Part shown: one piece after another, positions 38,314-51,706 of the stretch | Position numbering within the stretch: position 1 is the stretch's first letter | Layout: every line of letters begins with the position of its first letter | DNA from: Pristiophorus japonicus | Taxonomy: Eukaryota | Assembly: GCF_044704955.1 (NCBI RefSeq) | Contig: NC_091980.1 | Location: 92,008,001-92,072,000 of the forward strand | DNA length: 64,000 nt | Reading direction: 5' to 3' | Translations under genes and position numbers: made by a program | The notes under the pieces: model-generated | What the model was told of the DNA's origin: nothing | The model's database searches: none | Seen by the model: only the letters and a program-made list of their open reading frames with translations

Positions 38314-40407
38314 CATTCCCTATACAATTCTGAATTTTTTTTGGTCTCTTTTATGCATCCTTTATTGCTGTTTATATTATCGGCTTTGCCCCATAATATG
38401 TAATTTATGCATGCTTGTGTTTTTTTTTGTTTTGTTTCTAGCTTTAGAGGAACTATAAGTTAAAAGTAGTTGTATTTGTGACATCAAGTAAATAATATAA
38501 ATTGACAAGGTTACCTATGTTGTCCATTAACAAAACAATTGTGCGCTATATAGATTTGTCAGACGAATGAGTCTTTGGTGCTTCCAGGCCATCGGACTAT
38601 TACATTAAGCAGCTTTTCTTTGGCTTTGCACATCTGGCAGAATCAATTAAATGGTCGCTTTTATAATTAATGTACACGTGACTACTGGCACAGATGGTAA
38701 TTTTCATATTATACAGTGAACAGCACTGAGTATGTTATTTACATGAGTCACTTTATAAAATTCCTTCTTTATGTTTGGCCTTTATGGCAGAAAAATGAAT
38801 TAAATCAACTGACGTAACTTTTGAGCCATTAAACCAGAAATTGCATTAATGCAGTGATCCACTCATTTCTGATGGAGACACACTGTGTCACTAACCAAAT
38901 GATGCAGCGGCAAAGAAAACCTAAAGCTCTAGTGACCTGAATATCTGGGAATAATGCTTTGATTTTCCTTTTTAGTCAAGATGTGTCTTGTATAATATTA
39001 GTTTTTGCAATAAATTGATCAATATAACTATGAAATTCATTTATATGTATTCAATACATTATATTATATTACATATTATTTATTATATTATAGTCATTCA
39101 ATATAAATCAGAAATTCATTCCTGATTGGTGTTTCCTTTCTTCTGCAGAGACTTCTTTAAAAAAAAAACATTATCCAAAAAGGTGTCATCTGTCAAAAAA
39201 TATCTGAGCACAATATGCAAAATCAAAGGCAAAACATCTCCTTTGAATTTTTCATTTTTGAATGTGAATATGATCTTTCATCTTGCTTGCCCCACTTAAA
39301 GTCATCTGGTGCTTGTCCTCAAATGATTTTTTCTTTCAATAACAAAATGATCCTGTTGGATTAAAAAACGTAAGTTGAATTAATTTCTGCAAAACGTTGG
39401 TGTGATAGTTCAGTATAATGGAACAACAATATGCACAATTCAAAATGCAGTGACACCAACATTTATTTGTTTGTTTCATACAGTGAGAAAACATCCCTTT
39501 ACATATTGACTGGATTTTCTTCCCACTGGTAGGTTTGCATTGGGGCAATTCTAACATCCACCAATGTGAAACTGCCACTGCTTTGCTGCAATTTTCCCAC
39601 AAATTCATGGTGTGTTTGAGGACAATTCTGAAGAGCCTTTTAACAAAGCTTACCTGAAGTATGAGGGAACCACACTGGGATCATCAGTGATTGCAGCAGA
39701 GGGTAGCTCCAGTCTCCCAGGGACCATCTAGCAACTTGTCTTCCAGTAGAAAAGAGTGCTAGAGTGTTAGATTGCCTCAGGATAGAGAAACCATGGCAGC
39801 TCCCTGGGTATCACCCATTTGCATTCTAGATTGAATGTAGCTACACATTAATTTTCCTGTTCATGAAGTTAAATGGCATTTTGTAACGAGGCATGGGTGA
39901 CAACGTGCATGCAGTCAATGTACCCCTCTACCCTTGGAAATTCTGCAAAATATTAAAATTCAATAGCCTTTTCTTGCTGATACCTAATGTCCAATTTTTA
40001 ATTTGGTTGAAACCTTACTTTGAACATTATAAATTTCAGTTACTGAGGAAAAATTAACAGAAAGCATTTTATGAGAATTGTGGGAATCCAGCTTGCACAA
40101 CCCATGGCCAGATTCCAGAGTCATGAGTTTATATAGGTGTTTTCCACTATAAATATGAATATTGGGATTTATTACAGGAAATAATGGACACAAAAACTGA
40201 CCAAAACGGTGATATAGACAGGAAATGCACACAGACATAAGATTTTTAATATATTGTAGCTAGTTTTTTTTTAAATCATCACCTTATAAATGAAAAGATC
40301 AAAGCCTCTGTTCACAGTGTACCTAGCCGGTTAAAAACATGAGAAATAAGAAGTATAATCAATGTCAGCTTGTGCCAATGCACTTTGTGACATAAGACAG
40401 AGATATT

Positions 40408-41144
40408 GGGCCAACAATTCCGGCCTCCCCGGGTCCTTACGGAGTTCCTACGGACCTGGGAAGGCATCAGAAATGCCGGTTTGCAGCGCACAATGCGCAT
40501 GTGCTGGAAACCGGCATTTCTGATTTGTCAAGTTTCTGGCTTGACAGATGGCCGCATCTCAAGAGCGAGGACATTTGTAAGTGGAAATTTCTGATATTTA
40601 CGCTTACAAATGTCCTCAAAAATCTTGTGCCTGAAAAAGCAGGCGCATAGCCTATTTTTACAGGCACAAGTGTTTTAAAAAAAAACACAAAAACATATAA
40701 AAATAAAGTTATTAAAACATATTTTATTAAAAACCCTCCCCACAATGGTAAATTTATTTTTAAAAACTTTAAAAATCAGGAAATTTTTTTTAAGACATTA
40801 ATAACTTTAATTTAAATGAATGTAGTGTAATTATTTTCTATTTTTTTATTAGTGCTTTGGGTGTTTGGGGCTGTGTTTTGGGTGTTTCGAGCTCTATCAC
40901 AATCATAGTAATAGGAGTTTAGGACCCTGCGGAACTCCTATTACTATGATACTTTGCCTGATTGGCTACCCAGAGCCATGTGACTCCAGCTGTAGGCCTG
41001 CGCACACGTCAACGTGCACGCGCTGCGACTGGCAGTTAGGAGAAGCCTCAGCATCGGAAAGTCGAACGTGGGCAGCAGCTTAAGGTAGGTGCATATTTTT
41101 TCTCTAAAATGCCTGCGGGAAGGCCAAAACAGAATTTCAGGGTC
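40408..41144. mobile_element. Harbinger-type MITE
   Basis: Ends GGGCCAACAATTCC / GAATTTCAGGGTC. Inverted similarity to 8141-8845 and 43915-44586. Confidence 0.7.
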
Positions 41145-42023
41145 AATATAAACTGAATTAACTCAGACTTGAAAACTTTGAGAAGTTTTGAGAAAAATAG
41201 TGTACTTGCTGTGACTCTGGTAATTCTGTCAGTTGGTCAATCAATGACTGTATCCCACAGCAACAGAGTGTTTTTAGTTAGATGGATACTTAATACTTAC
41301 TTTTATAGCACCTTTCACCTTCTGAAAGGATCTTTGCAATCCAAAAAGCTTGTAATGTAATCGTTTTTGTATACTGAAAGACCTCTGTAGATTTCTGAAT
41401 GATTTTCTTTCGTGTAATATCTGCATGAATAATTTTCTGAATGTTATGTAGTGTGACTAGAAAAATGCATTGAACCAAAGACCATTTTATAATTCATCTC
41501 TACCAAGCGCATATTTATTCAATCTTGACTTATATGTCCCAGTTATCTATGTGTTTGACGTTGATGTGACAGTCTGGCCTCAGCAGCAAGACAACTTAAA
41601 AAAGGTGGTCTTCTGCCGCTCGTGTTGCGCATTGACTGTAGCCAGTGTGCAACCAATCTTTTACACTTTGAACTTGAAGAAAGTGCTTACACAAATTCAA
41701 GATAAATTTGAAACCTAGTGGACTGGGAGTGCTATAAAAAGCAATAAAGAAAATAATAAAAGGTGCAAAAAGGAAGACAACAAAAACTTGCAAGCAAAAT
41801 TAAAGCTAAATCCAAAGATTTTTTAAATATATTAAATGCAATAAAGTAGTAAAGGGGGAATGTGAGTCCATTAAAGACAAATACAAGTGAGCCTATAATG
41901 GACAATAAGGAAATGGCAGATTTATTAATTGAGTGTTTTGTATCCATTTTCAAAATAAAGAAAGTGAACAAAATACCAGCAGTACAAGGAGACCTAAAAA
42001 TAAATCAAAGGGACGAACTTCAA

Positions 42024-43436
42024 AGATTCAAAATTGGCCCATGACGATTTTTGGCGCACTCACCTGAGTTGCGCAGCTTTTCTACGTTTCCAAGCAGGCT
42101 GAAAAATGACGTCCCAACTTTGACCGACGTCCGGTCTCTCCCGGGTCTTCGTGCAGCATGGCCAGTCGAGTCAGGAGCGGAGCCAGCTTCCACACTGAAA
42201 ACTGTGCCGGGATGTCTGCACAAGCACGTTGGAGTGTGCGCGCATGCGCAGTAGCTCCTCGTCTCCAGCATCTCTGTGTGTGTCCCACCACTATCCCAAG
42301 CCAAGTGGCCAAACTGACCCAACTCTCCTGCCTTGTCATGGGCTTTTACCCTCGTGATATCAAAGTCACCCTCCTGAGAAATCGCGAGCTGATTACGGAC
42401 ACGGAATCCAGTGGTATCCTGCCCAACGGAACCTACCAGCTGATGAGATAGGCTGAGATCGAGTCCGAGGATGGAGCCACCTATTCCTGTCAGTATGAGC
42501 AGAGTGACAATACAGGAGTGAAGAACCGAGACTGGGACGAGACGTTCCGAGTGACATCAGGATCTCCAAAGAGAACAAATCTCAGTTTGATTGTTGGAAT
42601 TGTGATTGCTGCCATCGCCCTGATTGCTCTGGTCATCGTTGGTGTTATGTAGAAGAAGAGAGGATGAGAGAAGAAATCTGGCTACAGCCCAGCAAACCCT
42701 GCTGAAAAAGGAGAATCACCCTCGAACTCATCAGCCCAGGCCTGAGGCTGAACCTGAAGTGAAGATCCCTGGGACTGGAATCTGGATGCTGCGTCGCTGG
42801 GAGGATTCATTCAGAAGCAATCCCCATTCTAAATTTTCATTTGGTTTGATTGATTGTCACTGGCTGCTGTCAGTGTTTATAGTAATCTGTAATGTTCCCG
42901 GGCTGAAGATGAAGTTAGAGTAGGACTTACTTCATTCTATTTTTTATTTGCATATTTTGAAAAAAATTATGTAAATATGTTTTATCTCTTTACTTCTTTT
43001 ATTTTTTTAGTTTAAGCTTCAATGAATGCTTCTGTTGTATAGTAAATTAACTTTGCGAACTTTGTCATGATGTCCTGTACAGCTGTTTGATCCTATTCAC
43101 ATTCTTTAGTCAAGTCATTAAGTTCTGCTGGTCTCCGATGTACCTACCTGCGCTGATTTCTTAACTCTCCGCAAGGGTTTTTTGTACGGCCACAAGTGGC
43201 CACATACGCTGGCCTAAGTTAGTTTGGAGTAACTATTAGCTGGCCAAAGTAGCCTAAATGACCAAAACGGGCATAGGTAGCTAGTAATGCCCCCTTTTGA
43301 AAAAAAAACTAAACTAAAAAAATCCTAACTTACACTGGCACAAATTGAATGTGCAAAATGTGGATTTTTAAAATACTCCAGAAAAACCAAGTTGCTCCAA
43401 AGAAAAACAGAGCAACTCCTGGCCAATTTTGAGCCC
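42024..43436. mobile_element. Harbinger-type non-autonomous element carrying an MHC class I insert
   Basis: Right TIR GGCCAATTTTGAGCCC (43421-43436), eroded left TIR TCAAAATTGGCC. Collinear with 50199-51347. Confidence 0.85.
42311..42894 (+). pseudogene. Processed MHC class I heavy-chain fragment (alpha3 Ig-C1, connecting peptide, TM, cytoplasmic tail, part of 3' UTR)
   Basis: A single frame reads LSCLVMGFYPRDIKVTLLRN..SGILPNGTYQLMR*AEI..ATYSCQYE..LIVGIVIAAIALIALVIVGVM*KKRG*EKKSGYSPANPAEKGESPSNSSAQA* (true stop 42743-42745). Three premature stops, no introns. Confidence 0.92.
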
Positions 43437-43914
43437 ATGATCAGTAAAATAAATGGTAATGAGGAAAGTAACGTGACTCAAAATAGACAAATCTCCAGGA
43501 TCTGATGGATTCTACACCAAGGTATTTAAATCAATAGGGGGAAGATGTTGTAGATGCATTAGCCATCATTTTCCAAAGCTCTCTAGATTCAGAAATTGTG
43601 TCTATGGATTGGAAAATTGCAAATGCCAGTCCATTACTTAAGAAGGGAGTAAGGGAGAAACCAGGTGACTACAGACCTATCAGTTTAACATCAGTTGTGG
43701 GAAAGTTATTTGAATCTATCATCAAGGACAAAGTGACTGAGCAGTTGGACAAGTATGATCAGAGAGTCAAGATAATTGTATGAAGAGTAGGTAATATCTG
43801 ACTGATGTAGTTGACTTTTGTTGAGGAGATCACCGGCATGGTAGATAGAGGAGTGTCTATGGATGTTGCCTATATGGACTGTCAGAAGGCATTTGACAAG
43901 GTTCTAGACAGAAG

Positions 43915-44586
43915 GGGCCATAAATTGCGGTCAGAAGCTTCCCACGGGCGGATGCCTCCGACCAAAATTTTTTTTACGAAAGTACCTGGAACGAACACTT
44001 GCACTCCGAAGCCTAGCTGCACCGCTCAGCACAAAGGCCAAAGTATTCCAGGAGTGTAACCGCATCCTGGGAACACGTGGGCCTGGACCACCAATCACAA
44101 TGTGGTATTCACATTTAGTAATGGGAGCTCCGAGCTCTAAAATCAAATAAAACACAAGCATAAATTTTAAAAACACTTCATTTTTTTTAAATTAATAGAA
44201 ATTGCATTAAATTAAATGTTTTGAAGAACAATTTATTTTTTGGAATTTAAAAAAAATGTTTTAATAGTGTTAAAAATAAACTTACCTTCATAGACAGGGT
44301 TTTTAATATAAAAATAAATAATACCATTGATTTTTTCTATCTATTAAAAGCAAGCTTTTACCAGGCGTAAGAGTTTGAAGGACATGAGTTGGGCAAATAG
44401 CCCAAATCTCCACCCGCAAAGGCCCTTCTCCTGGGGATTTGTGCGATCTGTCAAAAGACACTTTGACAGATCGCAAGTGCCAGGTTTAGGTGCATGCACT
44501 TCGCGTGCTTAAACCCGGAACTTGCGGGGCCGCTTCGGTCACGTGCACACATCGTATGCACCTGGAGAGGTCGCAATTTCAGGGCC
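43915..44586. mobile_element. Harbinger-type MITE
   Basis: TIRs GGGCCATAAATTGCG / CGCAATTTCAGGGCC. 3-bp TSD AAG. Confidence 0.8.
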
Positions 44587-45761
44587 AAGATTATCAAAAA
44601 TTAAAGTGCACAAACATGGGTTGGTACAGTAATTGGTTTGCAGTAGGAGACAGAGAGTAGAGATAAAGGAAATGTTTGCTGATTAGTGAGAAGTGACAAG
44701 TGACGTTCCCCAGAGATCTGTACTGGGGCCTCAGCATTTCACCAAATATATTAATGATTTGGATGAAGGAATAGAGAGTTGTATATCCAAGTTTGCAGAT
44801 GACACTAAGTTAGGAGGCACACTAAGTTGTGTAGGTGGGAGCAGGAAGTTACAAACAGATTAAAATATATATATATATATATATTGAGATGTATTAATGA
44901 ACTGGACTTGGATATACAGGGGATAATTTCAAAGTTACCAGATGACATGGAGCTCAGAAATGTAGTGAACAATGAGAAGGATAGTAACAGAAAAGGTAAA
45001 TAGGGAAGTGGCAAAGGCATCAAACTAGTAATACAGGGGGAGGAATCGACAAGAAATGAAACCATCTTAAATATAAATAAAAAAGGAAAGGAGAGCATGT
45101 GACAGACTAAACTAAGAGAGGACATAAATAGAGTTATAAAACAGGAGTGTAAAAAGATGGTTAAAAATAAAGAGAGAGGAATGGCTATAAAAATGAGTTC
45201 AACTGCACAGCAATGCACACAAGGTCCTTAATAAAACAGGGGAATTGAAAGCGATAACACGTTGTGAGGAACCAGATATAGTAGGGATTATTGAAACATG
45301 GCTACAGAAAAATCAGGACTGGGAATTAAACACTGCAGGGTACAATATATTTAGAAAAGATAGAGAGGCAAAAAAGGGAAGTGGAGTAGTTGTATATGTT
45401 AGAGATAACATCATGGCTGGAGAAAAAAGTAACACAGCTATCAGCAAGACAGAAATAGAATTCATGTGGATAGAGATAAAAGATAAAAAAGGTTCTATCA
45501 AAATAATAACGGTAGTCTTCAGAACATCTAATCGTGGAAAGGAGGTGGAGGAATAAATATGCAGACAAATTAGGGAAATGAGTAAAAAACATAGAATTAT
45601 AATCATGGGGGATTTCAACTACCCCAATATTAATTGGCCAGAAGAGGTAGGTAAAGGGGATAAGGGAATAGCATTCCTACAATGTGTATAGGACTCTTTT
45701 CTAACCCAGAATGTAAGAAGTCCAACAAGGGAGGATTCACTACTGGATCTAGTAATGGGGA

Positions 45762-48700
45762 ATAGAAACATAGAAACGTAGAAAATAGGTGCAGGAGTAG
45801 GCCATTCGGCCCTTCTAGCCTGCACCGCCATTCAATGAGTTCATTGCTGAACATGCAACTTCAGTACCCCATTCCTGCTTTCTCACCATACCCCTTGATC
45901 CCCCTAGTAGTAAGGACTTCATCTAACTCCTTTTTGAATATATTTAGTGAATTGGCCTCAACAACTTTCTGTGGTAGAGAATTCCACAGGTTCACCACTC
46001 TCTGGGTGAAGAAGTTCCTCCTCATCTCGGTCCTAAATGGCTTACCCCTTATCCTTAGACTGTGACCCCTGGTTCTGGACTTCCCCAACATTGGGAACAT
46101 TCTTTCTGCATCTAACCTGTCTAACCCCGTCAGAATTTTAAACGTTGCTATGAGGTCCCCTCTCATTCTTCTGAACCCCAGTGAATACAAGCACAGTTGA
46201 TTCAATCTTTCTTGATAGGTCAGTCCCGCCATCCCGGGAATCAGTCTGGTGAATCTTCGCTGCACTCCCTCAATAGCAAGAATGTCCTTCCTCAAGTTAG
46301 GAGACCAAAACTGTACACAATACTCCAGGTGTGGCCTCACCAAGGCCCTGTACAACTGTAGTAACACCTCCCTGCCCCTGTACTCAAATCCCCTCGCTAT
46401 GAAGGCCAACATGCCATTTGCTTTCTTAACTGCCTGCTGTACCTGCATGCCAACCTTCAATGACTGATGTACCATGACACCCAGGTCTCGTTGCACTTCC
46501 CCTTTTCCTAATCTGTCGCCATTCAGATAATAGTCTGTCTCTCTGTTTTTACCACCAAAGTGGATAACCTCACATTTATCCACATTATACTTCATCTGCC
46601 ATGCATTTGCCCACTCACCTAACCTATCCAAGTCACTCTGCAGCCTCATAGCATCCTCCTCGCAGCTCACACTGCCACCCAACTTAGTGTCATCTGCAAA
46701 TTTGGAGATACTACATTTAATCCCCTCGTCTAAATCATGAGTGCACAATGTAAACAGCTGGAGCCCCAGCACAGAACCTTGCGGTACCCCACTAGTCACT
46801 GCCTGCCATTCTGAAAAGTACCCATTTACTCCTACTCTTTGCTCCAATCTGATAACCAGTTCTCAATCCACGTCAGTACACTACCCCCAATCCCTTGTGC
46901 TTTAACTTTGCACATTAATCTCTTGTGTGGGACCTTGTCGAAAGCCTTCTGAAAGTCCAAATACACCACATCAACTGGTTCCCCCTTGTCCACTCTACTG
47001 GAAACATCCTTAAAAAATTCCAGAAGATTTGTCAAGCATGATTTCCCTTTCACAAATCCATGCTGACTTGGACCTATCATGTCACTTCTTTCCAAATGCG
47101 CTGCTATGATATCCTTAATAATTGATTCCATCATTTTACCCACTACTGATGTCAGGCTGATCGGTCTATAATTCCGTGTTTTCTCTCTCCCTCCTTTTTT
47201 AAACAGTGGGGTTACATTGGCTACCCTTCACTCGATAGGAACTGATTCAGAGTGTATGGAATGTTGGAAAATGACTGTCACCTCCTTACGTACTCTGGGA
47301 TGCAGTCCATCAGGCCTTCAATCCCATCAATTTCCGCAACACAATTTCCCGACTAATAAGGATTTCCCTCAGTTCCTCCTCCTTACTAGACCCTCCGACC
47401 CCTTTTATATCCGGAAGGCTCTTTGTGTCCTCCTTAGTGAATACCGAACCAAAGTACTTGTTCAATTGGTCCGCCATTTCTTTGTTCCCTGTTATGACTT
47501 CCCCTGATTCTGACTGCAGGGGACCTATGTTTGTCTTTACTAACCTTTTTCTCTTTACATATCTATAGAAACTTTTGCAATCCGTCTTAATGTTCCCTGC
47601 AAGCTTCTTCTCGTACTCCATTTTCCCTGCCCTAATCAAACCCTTTGTCCTCCTCTGCTGAGTTCTAAATTTCTCCCAGTCCCCGGGTTCTCTGCTATTT
47701 CTGGCCAATTTGTATGCCACTTCCTTGGCTTTAATGCTATCCCTGATTTCCCTTGATAGCCACGGTTGAGCCACCTTCCCTTTTTTATTTTTATGCCAGA
47801 CAGGAATGTACAATTGTTGTAGTTCATCCATGCGGTCTCTAAATGTCTGCCATTGCCCATCCACAGTCAACCCCTTAAGTATCATTCGCCAATCTATCCG
47901 AGCCAATTCACGCCTCATATCTTCAAAGTTACCCTTCTTTAAGTTCTGGACCATGGTCTCTGAATCAACTGTTTCATTCTCCATCCTAATGCAGAATTCC
48001 ACCATATTATGGTCACTCTTCCCCAAGGGGCTTCGCACAACAAGATTGCTAATTAATCCACTCTCATCACACAACACCCAGTCTAAGATGGCCTCCCCCC
48101 TAGTTGGTTCCTCGACATATTGGTCTAAAAAACCATCCCTTATGCACTCCAGGAAATCCTCCTCCACCGTATTGCTTCCAGTTTGGTTAGCCCAATCTAT
48201 GTGCATATTAAAGTCACCCATTATAACTGCTGCACCTTTATTGCATGCACCCCTATTTTCCTGTTTGATGCCCTCCCCAACATCACTACTACTGTTTGTT
48301 TGGAGATCTGTACACAACTCCCACTAATGTTTTTTGCCCTTTGGTGTTCTGCAGCTCTACCCATATAGATTCCACATCATCCAAGCTAATGTCCTTCCTA
48401 ACTATTGCCTTAATCTCCTCCTTAACTAGCAATGCTACCCCACCTCCTTTTCCTTTTATTCTATCCTTCCTGAATGTTGAATACCCCTGGATGTTGAGTT
48501 CCCAGCCCTGATCATCCTGGAGCCACGTCTCCGTAATCCCAATCACATCATATTTGTTAACATCTATTTGCACAGTTAATTCATCCACCTTATTGTGGAT
48601 ACTCCTTGCATTAAGACACAAAGCCTTCAGGCTTGTTTTTTTTAACACCCTTTGTCCTTTTAGAATTTTGCTGTACAATGGCCCTTTTTGTTCTTTGCCT

Positions 48701-48976
48701 TGAGTTTCTCTGCCCTCCACTTTTCCTCATCTCCTTTCTTTTGCTTTTGCCTCCTTTTTGTTTCTCTCTGTCTCCCTGCATTGGTTCCCATCCCCCTGCC
48801 ATATTAGTTTAACTCCTCCCCAACAGCACTAGCAAATACTCCCCCTAGGACATTGGTTCCGGTCCTGCCCAGGTGCAGACCATCCGGTTTGTACTGGTCC
48901 CACCTCCCCCAGAACCGGTTCCAATGCCCCAGGAATTTGAATCCCTCCCTGCTGCACCATTGCTCAAGCCACGTAT
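45762..48976 (-). mobile_element. Younger CR1, 5'-truncated within ORF1
   Basis: ORFs 48289..48720, 47310..48317, 46832..47143, 45861..46847. Esterase C-terminus at 48804-48976. (ATAGAAAC)n tail. Confidence 0.93.
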
Positions 48977-50198
48977 GAACCAGACCGGAGAAGGGAAGAA
49001 AAGTAGGGGAACATCTAGGCAATAGTGACCATAATATAATGCAGTTTAGGATAATAATTGAGAAGGACATAATCACAACAAGGACCAGGGTAATAGATTG
49101 GAGAAAAGCTGATTTTGAGGGGCCAAGAATAAAATTTGGGATTATAAAATGAACACCGATATTGGCAAACAATAATGTAGACCAGCAATGGGAAACATTT
49201 AAAATGGTGTTCAACAGACCCCAGGAAAAATAAACTCTGCTAAAAAAAATGGGAACTAAACACTAATGATGAATAAAAACGTAATGAAAAAATTGAGGGC
49301 AAGGAAACAGACATACATGAAGTACATGGACAACAGGGGAGAGCATGAAAAGGGGGAATGCGAAGAGATGAGGAGAAAAGTAAAGAAAAACGATTAGGAA
49401 GGCAAATAGTAACTGTGAACTTAAATTAGCAAGGAACATAAAACAAAATAGTAAAATATTCTACAGGCACATAAATTAAAAAAGGTAAGTTGGGATGGGA
49501 ATAGAGCCGTTAAAGGATGATCAGGATAATATCGTCGGCAACGATAGCCAAATGGCAGATATATTGAATAATTATTTTCCTTAAGTATTTACCAGGGAGC
49601 TGGATCAAATGGACACTGGAAGATGAGATTAGAAATGATATAACCGCATTTAAAAATAAAAAGAGGAGAAATATTAAATAAACGAATCAAACTCAAAGAG
49701 GATAAAACCCCTGGTCCTGATTGATTGCACCCATGCATTTTAAAAGAATGTAGGGAAGAGAGAGCAGAGGCACTATTACACATATTTAGTAATTCTTTAG
49801 AAAAAGGTGTAGTGCCAGAGGACTGGCAGATAGCTAACATGTTCAAGGAACAGTAGACCAGTCAGCTTAACACCGGTAGCAGGAAAAATAATGGAATCCC
49901 TCCTCAAGGAGAAAATAGAAAAACATCTAGAAACCAAGAATATAATAATGAATAGTCAACATGGATTTCAAAAGGGTAAGTTTTGCTTGACCAACCTCAT
50001 TGAACTCTTTGAAGATATAACAGAGAGAGTAGACAAGTGTAATGTAGTAGATGGAATATATCCCGATTTCCAAAAGGCTTCAATAATCGACTAATGAATA
50101 AAGTCAGAGCAGGCAAAGTCAGGGGATAAGTAGCAGAATGGATAGCGAGCTGACTACAAAATAGAAAGCAGAGAGTAGGGGTAAAGGGTAGTGATCTT

Positions 50199-51347
50199 GG
50201 GCTCAAAATTGGCCCATCCCTTTTTCCGGTGCACTCACCAGAGATGTGCCGCTTTTCTGCTTTGAAAAGTGCTCCCCCCCCCCCAAAAAAAAGAAAATCG
50301 GTCCCCACTTTGGCCGCTGCCCGGCCTCTCCCAGATCTTCGCACAGCGTGGCCAGTCGGGTCGGGGGCGGAGCCAGTGTCCCGCGCTGAAAATAGTGCTG
50401 GGACATCTGCACATGCACCTTGGAGTGTGCACGTATGCACATTAGCTCCTCGCCCCCAGCCTCTCAGTGTGCATGCTGCAGCGTGGGACCTGATCATCAT
50501 CATCATCATTATACCGACTGCTGGTGCCTCCCACCCCTATCCCAGGCCGAATGGCCTACTGCACAGGCCAGCCCGCTGCCTTCCTGGGCTGAAGATGAAG
50601 GTAGGGTAGGATTTACTTACTTCTATTTTTTATTTGAATGTTTTGAAAAAATTATGTAAATATGTTTTGTCTCTTGTGAATAGTTGTGACCATTTGTCAA
50701 GCCTATTTACCTAGTGCTATTGTGAAAGAAGAACATAAGTGATGGAGGAACACAGAGAATATCTTATTTATTGAAGTAGACTTTATTTAGATAATATGGG
50801 CTCAATTTTGGTCCAGTATAATCGTTGCAAACAAATAGTTGTTTAAATTAGTTGTGAGATTAGGGAAATTTAATTCAAGTATCTTTTACTTCTTTTATTT
50901 TTATAGTTTAAGCTTCCATGAATGCTTCTGTTATATAGTAAATTAACTTTGCAAAGTTTGTCATATGATGTCCTGTATAGCTGTTTGATGCTATTCACAT
51001 TCTTTAGTCAAGTCATTAAATTCTGCTGGCCTCCGATGTACCTACCTGCACTGATTTCCTAACTCTCCACAAGGGTTTTCACAAGCGGCCACAAGTGGCC
51101 ACATACGCTGGCCTAAGTAGACTTGGAGTAACTATTAGCAGGCCAAAGTGGCCTAAATGGCCAAAACTGGCATAGGTGGCTGGTAACGCCCCCTTTTGAG
51201 GAAAAACTAAACTAAACTAAAAAAAATCATAACTACCTCACTTACACTGGCACAAATTGAATGTGCAAAATGAGATTTTTAAGATACTCCAGAAAAATCA
51301 AGTTGCTCTAAAAAAAAACAGAGCAACTCCTGGCCAATTTTGAGCCC
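50199..51347. mobile_element. Harbinger-type non-autonomous element (empty sister of 42024-43436)
   Basis: Perfect 16-bp TIRs GGGCTCAAAATTGGCC / GGCCAATTTTGAGCCC. Confidence 0.88.
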
Positions 51348-51706
51348 CTAGAGTGGCAGAAGGTGGGAAATGGGGTCCCACAAGGATCAGTGCTGGGACC
51401 ACTGTTATTCAAAATTTACATTAACGATTTATACTTTGGAATCAAAAAACACAATTTCTAAATTTGCAGATGACACCAAATACAGAGGGATAATCAACAC
51501 TGAAGAGAACTGCAACAAATTGCAAGAAGGCATTAATAAACTTGCTGAATGGGTATATAATTGGCAAATTAATTTCAACATAGATAAGTGTGAAGTGTTA
51601 TATTTTGGAAAGAAAAACAAGGAGCTTACATATTACTTGGAAAATAAGAATCTAAATATGATAGAGGAGCAAAAGGAACTAGGAGTAAAAATACACAAAT
51701 CATTAA

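Larger units (their letters stand above)
41735..44860 (+). mobile_element. Highly decayed CR1 ORF2, interrupted by two MITEs
   Basis: Collinear ORF2 remnants: DNKEMADLL (41862), DWKIAN..YRPISLTS (43598), MDVAYMDCQKAFDKV (43811), FADD (about 44790). Confidence 0.8.

Noticed and set aside
39655-39830. Possible minus-strand exon ending in a CAG/GTAAG donor
   Set aside because: No recognisable product or partner exons. A non-coding exon cannot be supported from sequence alone.
42624-42923. 99-aa ORF overlapping the MHC fragment
   Set aside because: It is out of frame with the class I reading frame and is a shadow ORF.
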